A stretch of DNA of 64,000 nt from the human T2T-CHM13v2.0 reference genome, Homo sapiens. The notes under the pieces were generated by a model. That model did not search any database. It was not told the origin of the DNA and saw only the letters and a program-made list of their open reading frames with translations. Shown piece by piece: positions 18,013 to 37,905 of this stretch. Made by a program: the position numbers and the translations under genes. The stretch lies in NCBI RefSeq assembly GCF_009914755.1, contig NC_060933.1; one strand, written 5' to 3'. The stretch's first letter is position 1; every line of letters begins with the position of its first letter.

Positions 18013-19264
18013 GGGCTGCCCAGATCCCCGGCACACACTCCCCCACCTGCTGTTTACATGACCCAGGGGGTGCACACTACCCCACAGGTGTGCCCATACA
18101 GACATTCCCCGGAGCCGGCTGCTGTGAACTCGACCCCGTGTGGATAGTCACACTCCCTGCCGATTCTGTCTGTGGCTTCTTCCCTGCCAGCAGGACTGAG
18201 TGTGCGTACCCAGTTCACCTGGACATGAGTGCACACTCTCACCCCTGCACATGCATAAACGGGCACACCCCAGTGTCAATAACATACACACGTGAGGGTG
18301 CATGTCTGTGTGTATGACCCACACGTGTTCAAGTCTAATCCATCCAGTCCGCAGCTTACGGTCCACACACATTACAGTCCACAGCTGTTGTGAGAGCCAC
18401 CTGTGTGCTGGACACCCTCTGGATGTTGGGCAAGTTGTTACATGAGATGCCCTGGGGTGCTACATCCACTCACTCCAGATAGCAGGGAGGTCTCAGCAGA
18501 TCTGCAGAGATCAAGGGGGTCAGCAACAGCCAAAGCCCCTAGTCCCAGAGCTGGCTGCCCTCTGTTTCACAGCAGCTCCCTGACCTGTGTTGCTGCGTGC
18601 ACTCCCTACAGCTCGACACAGCCAGGGGACCAACAGGCCAAGAAATGCAAGATCCCGGGAGGGTTCTCAGCAGCAGAATCTGAGGCCCAGAGACCCTGAG
18701 GCCGTGGCCAGGCCTGCTAGTCTGGCTAGAGCAAGGCCCACTCCTGGCGGGGGTGTCATTGCCTTCACCGGACGCTTCCCTCTCAGGGTCCTGGGACTGC
18801 ACCAGATGCCCTGAGGGAATGGCCCACCCTGGCCTGTACCCACTTCAGCCTGTGATCTATCCAAAGAGCCAGGCCCAAAAGCGCCTAGGTCAGGGTGCTC
18901 AGGCTACCAGGAGCACGCCTCTGTGCCCCCGGCAACCCAGTTGACCTTTAATTGACGCTTTCCAGACCAGCCCTGCGGCACCACTTGCCATGCGGGAGGC
19001 CACCAGGGTGTGCAAGCCTGGCTGCCATTCCAGTCTGTCCTGTCTGGGAATCGCCCTGTGGCCAGGCCCGCATGCTGGCCTCTGCCCAGGACTCCTCAGC
19101 ATTTCCTCTTGGCATCCCTCCCCTCTCCCAGACCCTCTTCCAGCAGATGGCAAGGCCTCGGCATTGGGAAGTCAGGCACCTCTGCGGGCCCAGCCCCCTC
19201 CCGTGGCTCCCCTGACAGGGGCAGGGGTAGGGCAGCAGCACAGACCAATTCCGTTGAACGTGGA

Positions 19265-19270
19265 AATAAA
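19265..19270 (+). terminator. LAMC3: Probable LAMC3 polyadenylation signal AATAAA (3'UTR about 18013-19290)
   Basis: First canonical AATAAA I found after the stop; followed by GT-rich sequence (gggtggtgtg). Confidence 0.7.
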
Positions 19271-20039
19271 GGACCCTTTCACTGGGCAGGGTGGTGTGCC
19301 TCACCCTCCCCGGCTGGTGGGCAGCCAGGGCCCTGGCTGTGGGTGTGCATATGACACACCTAGTAGGTGGCCAGCATGTGGACCGGACGTTGGTAGGAAG
19401 GTGGCAAAAGCCGAGCTCGTGGCTGGGCCAGTACCTCCCATTAGAGGGCTTCGCTGGGGTTGTGTGATCACAGGTACCTACCCTGTCCTCTCAGGCACTT
19501 ACCACGTAAAGCCTAGGAGCTGGTGAGTTGGAGGGGTGGGGTGCGGAGAGGCCCTCAGCTGACCTCTGGTTCAGGCTCGAGACGAACTCTCAGCCAAGTG
19601 TCCGAGGATGGTGAGGAGCAGGGAGGGGCGCCATCCAGGAGGGGGATGGTGTGGGTGGGGCCTTGAAGGGTGGGGAGGCAGAGAAGGAAGCATTCCAGGC
19701 AAGAGGGTGGACAACAGTCCGGGGCCCGCAGGGTTGGGGCTCGGCCAGCTTGCATCACTCCAGGACCCCAGGTTGAATGGGGTGGGATGTTGGAGCTGCT
19801 CAGTCAGGGCTCTTGGCCGCAGGCCTCAAACCCCTCCTGAGGTGGTTTCAGCAGAAAAGGGGTGTTGGGAGGGTCGCTTGGAACCCTGGAGTAAAAACGG
19901 CTGCCACGTGTTGGAGATAGCCTAGGGAGGGGAGCCTGAGGCTTCCGGGATAGGTTGGCTTCCCTCTTCCCCCCTCCCGCCTCTCTTCTTGGTCTGTGTC
20001 TCTGCTCTCCTCTCCTGTATCTGCTTCGTTCTTTTCTCT

Positions 20040-20341
<302 letters not shown>

Positions 20342-21615
20342 ATTCTTTTCTCTTTGCAGAGTGGCTTTCTTTGTTTTTCTTGTGCCTGATAGGAGAGGAC
20401 ACCCACCCCTACCGCCATCCCCCATAATGGCCCCAGGTGTACATGTCATCAGGTCCAGTGCTTGCAAGAGACAAGCTGGTGACTCTGTCCTGATTCCAGC
20501 TTCTCAGCTTAGGTGAAGTCCCACCAACCCCCGTTCAGGATAATGAGGAACTCTGGATCTAAGGCCAATAATGGATGACCGGTGCCACCCCCCAACCTAA
20601 TGGGAGATGGTGTTCAGAGAAGAGGTGTGCTCCTCCACAGAAAACTGTAAAATCAAGGCTACGGTGGGGGATTGACATGATTAAACTGAGCTAGGAGTGA
20701 CTTGGTCCCTAGATGTCTGGGCAGAGGTGGAGAGGCCGAAGATGGGGGAGCTGCTGCTGCACAGTGAGTTTGGTGATTGGCGTCTGGTGTAAGTGATGTC
20801 GAGAATATGGAGTTCTTCCAAGACCTCTGGGATAGGGTCTGATGTCCCCCTCCCGCCTCCCTCCAGTTTCTCAGCCGATGGCACACAGTCGTCCTGGTGC
20901 CTGCTCTTGGCACTCAGCCTTTATCCACTCAAGCCGTGGGATCCAGCTCAGCTCAGTCCCAGCATCCCCGACGGGTGGAGAACTCGGGCCTGACATGTTG
21001 TGACTCACGCAGTCTGACCATGCCTGGTGCATGTGCTGATCTATTCTCTGGCCCCAGAGGTGGGGCCGCTGCCGGGTGGAATGCGGCAGCTGTTGAACAT
21101 CTGGCTAGCAATGCAGTCCAGCAGCTGAGCAGAAGGTGGGGTGGCCCCTGCCCTGTAGGATGGCTGACTGGAGCCAACCAGCCCAACCGGCCAGGGCAAT
21201 AGGCTGTTGGAGCCTGGAGAGGGAAGTGCATTATGAGGGCTCTGTCCTAAGTCAGCTCCCATCCACCAAGGGTGGTAACGCTAAGCTTTTACTCTCTGCT
21301 TAAACCATCCAGCAAGTCATCAAAGTTACAAAAGCCCCTGCTTAGTGCGTTCTGGGTTACTTCATTGTGAAGATCAGGGGACTGAAGCTCAGCCAGATCA
21401 AGTGCCTCGCCTAAGGTCATGCAGCTTGGCCAAATCCAAACCCTTGGGTGAGTGGACAGAGGAGCGTCAGCTAGGAGAGGTGGGCGCTGGTCTTACTGGG
21501 GAGGAGGGGCCTGCCCCCTGGACTGCTGCCCTGACCTCAGCCCCATCCCATTCTGCCTAGCCCCTTGCTGGGCACTTCCCTCCCCAGGGACAGCCACAGA
21601 AAAAATGATGATCTC

Positions 21616-21918
21616 GGCTGGGCGTGGTGGCTCACGCCTGTAATCCCAGCACTTTGGGAGGCCGAGGCAGGTGGATCACCTTAGGTCAGGAGTTCGAGAC
21701 AAACCTTGCCAACATGATGAAACCCCGTCTCTACTAAAAATACAAACATTAGCTGGGCGTGGTGGTGTGTGCCTGTAGTCCCGGCTACTTGGGAGGCTGA
21801 GGCAGGAGAATCACTTGAACCCGGAGGCGAAGGTTGCAGTGAGCCGAGATCAAGCCGCTGCACTCCAGCTCTGGGCAACAGAGCAAGACTCTGCCTCGAA
21901 AAAAATAAATAAATAAGA
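21616..21918 (+). mobile_element. Alu, TSD gatgatctc-like
   Basis: Full dimer. Confidence 0.95.
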
Positions 21919-22613
21919 AAGATGATCTCAGGGTCCCTACCCTAGGAGTCAGATGCACGGTGGGGCCATTCCTAGCGCTGCCTGCCCTGGACAGCGCCTG
22001 TCTATGCCTGTGGCCCAGCATCATTATGAGGAGTGCTCCCTTGACTCTGGCTGTCCTGATTTGGACACTAGACTTCATGGTCACCCTGGCCACAGGTACC
22101 CTATCCTGCATCCTGAGCTCCGCTCTTCCTGGAGTCATGGGCTGGTCTTTCCTCCTGGTGGCCTTGCGCCCCAGCTCCAGCTTCCTGACTTTTCTCTTCT
22201 GGAAATGGGAATGCCAAGTCCTATTTCATGGAGTTTTGAGAATGAAATGACTGGTGTACGGTGCAAAGTGCCTGTGAGTGCCCAAGAAATCTCTTTTATT
22301 AACAAGACACGAATTCATTCCAATTGATTTGACGGGCCACTGTTGTCACAGCAGCCGCACTGCCCCAAAGGCAGCAGTGATGTTTGAGCGCCGACTCCCC
22401 GACGGCACTTGGTCCTCACAACCACCCCATGGAGTTCATGCTAAGATCCTCGCATTTCATTTGTGTGGCAGGGACTTGCTGAGGTCCGGGGAGGGGCAGA
22501 GAGGAGGGGTGCGGCCGCCCCGCGCTTTGCACTTTCCGCGTCCTCCAGCAGAGGGGTCGGCCGGCGGGCTCAGCGTCCCGCATAATAGCCGCTTTGAAGC
22601 CCGCGGAGCGGGT

Positions 22614-22732
22614 GGCGGGAGGGGAGGGGAGAGGCGGGAGGGGAGGGGAGAGGCGGGAGGGGAGGGGAGAGGCGGGAGGGGAGGGGCGAGGCGGGAGGGG
22701 AGGGGCGAGGCGGGAGGGGAGGGAGGGAGGGG
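22614..22732 (+). repeat. 19-bp G-rich minisatellite (ggcgggaggggagggg[a/c]ga) x5 plus a partial unit
   Basis: Units start at 22614, 22633, 22652, 22671, 22690 and 22709. Confidence 0.95.
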
Positions 22733-22896
22733 CCGGCAGCGGAGGGAGGGGTGTGTCGGCCGCCCGCGCCGTTCCTCCGCCCCTCGGTCCCGCGGCCACA
22801 CGCAGCTAGCCGGAGCCCGGACCAGGCGCCTGTGCCTCCTCCTCGTCCCTCGCCGCGTCCGCGAAGCCTGGAGCCGGCGGGAGCCCCGCGCTCGCC

Positions 22897-22927
22897 ATGT
22901 CGGGCGAGCTCAGCAACAGGTTCCAAG
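22897..22927 (+). CDS. AIF1L: Allograft inflammatory factor 1-like (IBA2), coding exon 1, [10 protein letters not shown]|G
   Basis: gccATGt Kozak context, AAG|gtaggc donor; the six exons sum to 453 nt = 150 aa + stop. Confidence 0.95.
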
Positions 22928-23068
22928 GTAGGCGCCGCCGTCCCCGAGCAGCCACCTGTGCGCGCCGGGCGGACCGCGGGGTCCACCGCGCGCGGGAAGC
23001 GGGCGGGGACTGGGGCGCGTGGCCCGAAGAGGACCCCGCTTCCCAGGCCGCCTCTTTGTCTCCTCCAG

Positions 23069-23130
23069 GAGGGAAGGCGTTCGGCTTGCTCAAAGCCCGG
23101 CAGGAGAGGAGGCTGGCCGAGATCAACCGG
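23069..23130 (+). CDS. AIF1L: AIF1L exon 2, G|[20 protein letters not shown]
   Basis: tcctccag| acceptor, |gtaagc donor; AIF1-family GGKAFGLLK motif. Confidence 0.97.
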
Positions 23131-23471
23131 GTAAGCCCCGCGCCCAGGGCAGCACGCGAGTCCCGAGCCGCGCGCTGCGCGGGTGCCACCTCTCCTTCCG
23201 CGAGGCCGTGCCCGCCTCCAGATCTACCCTCTTCCTTCCCTTCCCCTGGGCTTCCCTCAGGTGCCTCCCTCCGCCCCCAGCCCCGTCGCCTCCGACTCCA
23301 GGTAGGTCCGCCTCCGCCTCCCGCCTCCGGTCTCGGGTTGCAAGTTGTTACTCTTGCAACTGGGGACTGGGGAGGTGGGGCCGGGTCAGGAGCTCGGATG
23401 CCAGCCGGCTCGTGGCTCCCCGCAAGCCCGCTTGGGAGCAGCCCAAGGATTTGGCGCGGGAAGGGCCCTAG

Positions 23472-23888
<417 letters not shown>

Positions 23889-25995
23889 TAAATTTACATA
23901 GATTCTAGAAGATAAGGAAAGATATCAGGACCTGTCTGGGTTGGCCAAAGCTCAAAGGCAGCACAGCCAGTGGCTTTAAAGTTCTGCAAGACCTGGGCTC
24001 AGATCTGGCCTCCACTGTGTGCCAGCTCTGTGGTCCTCAGCAAAGGGCCTCTCATCTCCAAGCAGGGCATTGTGCAGGCTCAGAGAGGGAAGGCCCGTGG
24101 CCTGCATGGCCCAGCACCCAGCATTCAGGAAGCACTCACAGAACTAGCATTATTTCCTGAGGTGGATGTCTCCCAGTTTCCTTCTTAACTGGTGGCAGAG
24201 GCACGCCCGCTGAAACAAGGCTTGGCATTCCCCCTGCAGGCTCCTCTGGTCCCCTGGACACCCAGGGTCTAAGCCCAGCTGACAGTCTGGAAGTGGGCCG
24301 CTGGTGAGGTCAGCAGAGCCCGAGAAGGCTGTGGGAGGCGGGTCCGAGCCTGGGGCCAGGTTGTGGTATTGCCTCTTGCCAGCAGTGTGCAGCCTTGATT
24401 CCCCCTTGGTTTTCTTGGACTGCTTGGATGTAGGCAGCCTGTCTGTTTTCCATCCGCTGGCTACAGGACTCCCATTCGGTCCCCAGCTACAGGGCTCTGG
24501 GGACCTCAGGGTTCCCCCTCCAGGTAAGCTCCGGCCTCCTCACCGCCACCCTCACCCTGCTTCCTGGGGGCATCTTGAGCACAACTGGAAGGTTGCCCGG
24601 ACATCTGGCTGGGGTGCTCAGGGGTCTCGGATCCCTGCTGGGCTCCTTCCCAGATCACTGTGTGCCTGCCCAGCCTGGGGCTTGGCTGCTCTAGCCCTCT
24701 GGACAGAAGGCTGGAACCCCGACCTCATATAGCCCCCTGGGTCACTTGGCCAGGCGGGTTCTGAGCTGGCTGGAGCCACCCACAGCCAGCGGGACCCTGA
24801 GCCACAGACAGCTGGAGATGGGGGTGAGGTGACCATGGTTGGACAAGCCAGAAGAGCTAAGAGGGCGGGGCCAACCTAGCCCTTGGGGAGGTGGGTTGGG
24901 GGAGGGGGCGGCTCCAGGGTTGTTTTGGGAAACCGACTAGCTTGGCTTAGAAAGAGGAGGGACTTTAACAGCTGTCAGGGGCTGATCTGGGCAGCACTGG
25001 GACTAGGGAAAGTGAGCAGGAAGGAGCTGTGGTCTAACCACCTCAGGACAGCGCCCAGAGAGGGCAAGCAGCTGACCCAAGGCCACGCAGAAGCCAGTGA
25101 CAGAGCTTGCAGCCCAGCGTCCTTCCCCTGCCAAGACGCTGTACTGAGACCCACCATGACAGCCCAGCCGCTGTAGGGCTGCTGAGGCCCAGGATCTGGG
25201 GCCCTGTAGGAAGGAGGCGCCAGGATCACACGGGAAGCTTGAGCTGCTTCACCACAGTGGAGCAGGGTGGCCCCACCAGTTTAGTCATGAGGTACCCACA
25301 AGCACTGATCTGTGACTCTGGGCAAGCCACTCACCTCTCTGAGCCTCCTTCTCCAAAAAGATAATGGTTGTGATTTTTTCAGTGAGACAATCTATGTAAA
25401 GCACCCAGGAGAGCTGGCTGCGGCCCTGATAGCTATCAGGACAGTTTCTTTGTTCGTGGCCTCAAGGTGCAGGGAGTGGAAGATACTCCGCCCTGGCTCA
25501 TGCTGGTTGCTCAGCCCAGCAGAACCTCGTCTTCCCCAGCCTGAAATGGGAGCAGGGATCTCTGCCCCTCTGGAGTCCCTGCAACAATTAACCGATGGAA
25601 GTGGATGGAAGCTCTTTGCAGACTGTGGGGGAGTCACTCTGTGTGAGAGTCTGAATTGGTTCACCCACGGCCATGGGGGCAGTGCAGAGGGCCTGAGCTA
25701 GGTGGATTGTAGGCAGAATTGTGCTGGCAGCCCGGACTGCCTTCCTTTGGGGTGCAGCTTCACTGCCCCACTGGAGTGTGGATTCTGGGGGCCTGGGCTA
25801 AGCCCAGGATTCACTGCCAAAGCCCTGCTTCTGTGCCAGGCAGCTTGGGCACCGCCATGGCTGCTGCCTGGGGCACAGCCCAGCTTGGCTGGCAGATCTA
25901 GGGGCTTCTCTGGGCCGATACCTAGTTCCCTTTGGGGCCTTTCTCCTCCCTTGGTGTAGGCCAGCTTCCAGAGGGGCAGGGTAGCTCAGCCTTAG

Positions 25996-26473
<478 letters not shown>

Positions 26474-27155
26474 TAGCTATTGTTATTATAAGGGATTCAA
26501 GAGTAAAAATAGGAGACTCTAATGGGCCTAGAAATCCCAGTAGAGGAAGGGAGGTGGGGGAGCCGCATGAAAATGCACCTCTTTTTGGTTTCACTTTAGT
26601 TTTTGCTGTAGTTTTCTGAACACTTGGTATGTGCCCGTCCTGTGCCAGGTGCACTGTGGGCATTATCTTGCGAATGCTCTCTCTAACCCAGGGAGTATTG
26701 TTGCTCCCATTTTTGAGAAAACGAGACTCAGAGAGGCTGGGTAAACTGCCTGGGTTTAAACAGCCTCGACTTGAACCCAGCCTATTTTCTCAATCGCTCA
26801 GCTTGGCTGGGCCTCCTGCTGCGTGTCCACCCCCAGCTCCATTTGCTGTGTGTTTGTATGTGCACGCACGTGTGTACATAGCAGCACTACTGGAGTGGGC
26901 AGAACTGGCCAGCACCTCCTACTCCCCCTACATAGCTGGCATTCCCCGAGCCCTGATGGCATGGTTGGTGACCCCAGGCCAGCCAGGCATGGCCTTATAT
27001 GGCAATGGGAGAGATTTTCTCCAGCTTCCCACAGGGACAGAGAGAAGCAGGAGTGGGGCTGGGGGCGCTGCCCCTCAGGGTGGCTGTGCCCTGGGACTTA
27101 GCAGGAGGCGCTCAGGGGACAGTGAGGGCTGCCACATGAGCTGGCTAGCAAGTGA

Positions 27156-28536
<1,381 letters not shown>

Positions 28537-29719
28537 TAGGCTGGGTATCTCTGCCCAGGGGTGTATATATCCCCTGCCCTTCCCCCAGCAATGGGGGGCC
28601 TCTGAGACCTGACCCAGGCAAGTATGCAGGTGTGTCTTTTTTCCTATGTACCTGGCAGTGCCACTCTGTCCCTGCCCAGGCGAATGTATGCAGCTGGCAT
28701 TGCTGGGCACCCACCTCTCTTGCTCTTCCTTAATATATTATAAGGGAGATGGTGATAAGTGGCCACGTGAGCCTCTGAGGATTCAGTGTCCCCTGCAGGT
28801 CCAACCAGTTATGACCTTGGTGTGGCCGTGTCACAGGAAGCTGGAGATGGAATTTCTGCAGGGTGTGCTTTATTGCATAGCTGCTTGGGAGTTTTTCTTT
28901 AGCTGCCCCATCTGTTGGCGAGGATGCGGCATCTGAATGAGGCCCAGGGCTGCAGTGGGGAATGTGAACCCGCTGTCCTTGTGGGTGCACATTACAGGCT
29001 TCTGCTACTCACCAGGTGCCAGCACCACTTGTGGCCTGGCCCTGGCCCTTTAAGAGCCTGTGGGCTGCGTCAGAGGTCCTACGCCCCGGCATGGTGCTTC
29101 CTGTCCTTGGAGTTCTTGTCCAAGGCCTGAGCCACCAGCCCCTTGGATGGCCTCCAAGATGGTGATATCCGCCCACCCCAAAATTCTGCTGCAGCTGATA
29201 CAGAAAGACAAGCCTGGAGGGCCAGGAGCAAGGGTTCGCCAGAAGGTGCTAGAGGTACCAGCCCAGAAAGAGAGTTAAGTCAGCGAGGAGCAGGCAGGTG
29301 GGAGGGCTTCTGAGGACAGGCACGGCAGGGGCTGCCAGCTTCTGATGGGTTTGGAAACAGCCCCTCCTGGGCATAGCACTTGGGGGCCTCGCTGGAGGCT
29401 GGGATGGGCTTGGGGGACTCTGGCGAGCATCAGAGGCTGTAGGTGACCAGGAAAGGCGGCAGTGAACAGATGCTATTGGGGACTGAGATGGGAGGGTTCA
29501 GGCAGGTTGGATGGCCCATCACTGCCAGGTCAGCCGGGGGCTGAGGACAAAGCAAAACTTGCCCTTGAGGGATGGCCAGTGGGCCAAGACTTGCCAGGAG
29601 GACTTCAGGGCATCACGGAGGAGCACAGCATGGTCGGTGGGTGATGTTCTTTCCCTGCCCTTCCCCCGCACACACACCTGCCTCTCGATGTGGCTTGAGT
29701 TTGGATGATCCTAAGACAT

Positions 29720-30110
29720 AATAATAATTTTGAACACTTAGCAAGTGTACTAGGAGCCAGGCTCCTTCTGTGCAATTAGCTCGTTTAATCCTTACCGCAG
29801 GCCAGGCACTAAGGCAGGAGGATAGCTTGAGTCTGTGAGGTTGAGGCTGCAGTGATCCTGCAGATCGTGCCACTGCACTTTAGGCTTGGGAATGGAGCAA
29901 GACCCTGACTCAAAACAAAACAAACAAACAAAAAAATTCCTTACAGCAACTCAGTGAGGAGGTTCTGCATATCATTATGATCCCATTTGATAGATAAGCC
30001 CACTTTATAGATGAAGAGACTGAGGCCTAGAGTGGTAAACAGGTAAAGTTGCCCTGCCCAGAGCCACAGAGCTAGTATGTGCTAAAGCTGGAATGGCAAC
30101 CCTGGCAAGT
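29720..30110. mobile_element. MIR interrupted by a partial sense Alu (about 29800-29935)
   Basis: MIR motifs (cccattt..atagatgaagagactgaggcctagag) around an Alu right arm. Confidence 0.7.
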
Positions 30111-31007
30111 TATCCCCTATGTCCTACACACCCTGGGCTCAGAGAGATGATGTGACGTTTTCAACTGTTGTGAACTTGGGCAAGGCCTGTCCCTTCCGGC
30201 ACCTCGGTTTCCCCAGCTATTGAACAAGGAGGGCAAGCTGAACGCTGTGAGGAGTCCCTTCTGGTTCTGTGGCTGGGTGGATAATTTAACAGCTCTGCCA
30301 CCTCCCAGGCCCCAGCCTTGGATGCTCTGGTCCCCGGGGACTGAAAAGTGGGCTCAGCTGCCTGTGTGTCACCCCCCAGCTCCTGCCCGCTTGCATTTCC
30401 TGGCCCTTTGCTAGGGACTGATCAGGCCACTGTGGCCTCCAGGCCTGCCCCTCTGCATGTCAATAGCCACTTTCAGGGCCCAGAGGCCCCCTGCACTTCT
30501 CACACCTGCTCCCCCACCCCAGCACTTTCTACTTTCTGCAGCCGGGAAAACTTGTCTTTGGGGACAGTGGGTTAGATTGTGTGAGGAGGATAGGGGATAG
30601 AATAAACCACCTACCCCCACATCTCCCTGGAGGGCTATAAAGTGGTTCCCTGGCCTCTGGAATAACCTCCTGCAGCTGCCGAAGAGGAAAGGTAACTCCC
30701 AGTATTGACTTTCTTTGCCCAGAAACCTGCAGCCAGGCTACCTTCTTGTTTGGGGCAGGCATAGACCTTGAATTGCTAAAACTTGGCAATCCTGAGCAAG
30801 TTGAGCAACCTCTCTGGGCCTCAGTTGTCCCATCTGTCAAATGGGGATACCTGGAAAGAGGAGAGAGAAATCATAACTGGCCTACTCCACGGGGAGGGGG
30901 CCTCCTTCCTAATCTGCTGAATAGTCTGTGAGGGTCTATGGAGGTTATAAGCTGATTGTATGGGCATAAGTATTAGAAAAAAATAATAAACAGCTAACAT
31001 TTATTTA

Positions 31008-33444
<2,437 letters not shown>

Positions 33445-34439
33445 CTAGTGCAGGGTGCAGCCCAGGGCAATCTTCCCAACCACTGCTGCCGTTCATGCTG
33501 TGCACGTGGCCTTGCTCTTCATCCCTGCCTGGTTGGTCTGTGTCTGTCTGTGTGCAGTTTGTCTCTAAGGCCAGGGACCATGTCCTTCCACTTGCACCCA
33601 TCCACCTACAGAGTGGCCCAAGTAAAACTGGATCTCTAGGGCTGGTCGGTCCAGGCTGAGGCAGGATTTCTGGTCAACCAGACCCCAGGGGCTGGGACAG
33701 GCCCTCCAAATCTCTCCCCAGAGGTTCCCAGATGTTGGTGCTCTTGTGCCTCCCCAGGAAGGTTCTCTAGTTCTTGGTAAAGTGAAGGAAATGCAGGGTC
33801 ACTGTGGTGAGTTGGACCTAGGCTGAATGGATTCCATTTAAACATTCAGAGATGGTGAACTTCCTACTTTTATGAAATGTTCTTTTCTGAACTCATGGCA
33901 ACAGTCAATGGCCATTGTTTAAAAAGTCTTTACTTGGCAAAATAAAAAGTTGGCACTCGTATATTAGTGCGCCCCTCTGCCCCGCCTTTAAAAATGTTTC
34001 ATGTCTGCGTGACCCCAAAGTCTGGGAATCACTGATCTAATATGTCCCTTCACTGGGCAGATATGGGATCTGGGACCCTGGGAGGTGCCTGGTTTGCTCA
34101 CAGTCACAGACAAAAGTTAATTGTCCTCCTTTTGGGCAGAGGATGGGGTGAGGGAGCAGTGCCGAAGAGCTATGAGAGGGAGCCAAGAGGAAAGGAAGTC
34201 CTCGACAGAGCCAACTAGGAGGAGGGCGGCCTCCCAGGCTGCCGAAGAAGGATCCAGCGTCAGCTAAGTGGAGGCAGGGCCGTGTCCAGTGCATTGCAAT
34301 GAGGCCTGGAGTGAGGCTGTGGCCAAGCCAGCAAGACCCCATAGGCCCTGGGACTGCCCTCTGCCCAGGTGCAGGAGGACACAGGTCCTGGAGTCAGATA
34401 GACCCAGGTTCGAAACCAACCTTCCTTAGCTGTCTGTGA

Positions 34440-37477
<3,038 letters not shown>

Positions 37478-37838
37478 TTAATGATGGAACCAGGGGCTTG
37501 TCTTTGGAGCTCACAGCTTCTCGGATCTGAAGCTGGGGTGTCTTGGGGGAGGGGCACGGGTCCCAGCATTGGTAATGTAGCTGCTGGCTGGAGGGCTTAG
37601 TCACCCGTAGTGAACCCTCTGGGGCCTCCCCAAGCTGCTGGGCAAACTTCCTACCCACAGGGTGGCCAGTGCAGATCTGCCTCCAAGGGGTGACAGGAAG
37701 CCGGGGTGAACAAGGGACAAACTGGGTCTGGTCGCACCTGGTTACCCGATAGGAGGGAAGGCCCCCGGACAGTGGGCCCATGTGTGGGTGACTTCTGTCC
37801 CCAGTCCCTTGCTCAGCACTGTCCTCTCACCTCTGTAG

Positions 37839-37905
37839 GAGTTTCTGTGTGACCAGAAGTACAGTGATGAAGAGAACCTTCCAGAAAAGCTCACAGCCTT
37901 CAAAG
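37839..37905 (+). CDS. AIF1L: AIF1L exon 3, [22 protein letters not shown]|E
   Basis: ctctgtag| acceptor, AAG|gtaagc donor; 67 nt. Confidence 0.95.

Larger units (their letters stand above)
22480..23460. promoter_or_regulatory. AIF1L: CpG island / promoter of AIF1L
   Basis: Very high GC and CpG density spanning exons 1-2, with multiple GC boxes. Confidence 0.9.

Noticed and set aside
20680-20685. ATTAAA as a distal LAMC3 poly(A) signal
   Set aside because: Possible, but a lone variant hexamer cannot be supported without 3'-end data.
22614-22732. Regular direct repeats resembling a CRISPR array
   Set aside because: The repeats are head-to-tail with no unique spacers, in human DNA with no cas genes: a minisatellite.
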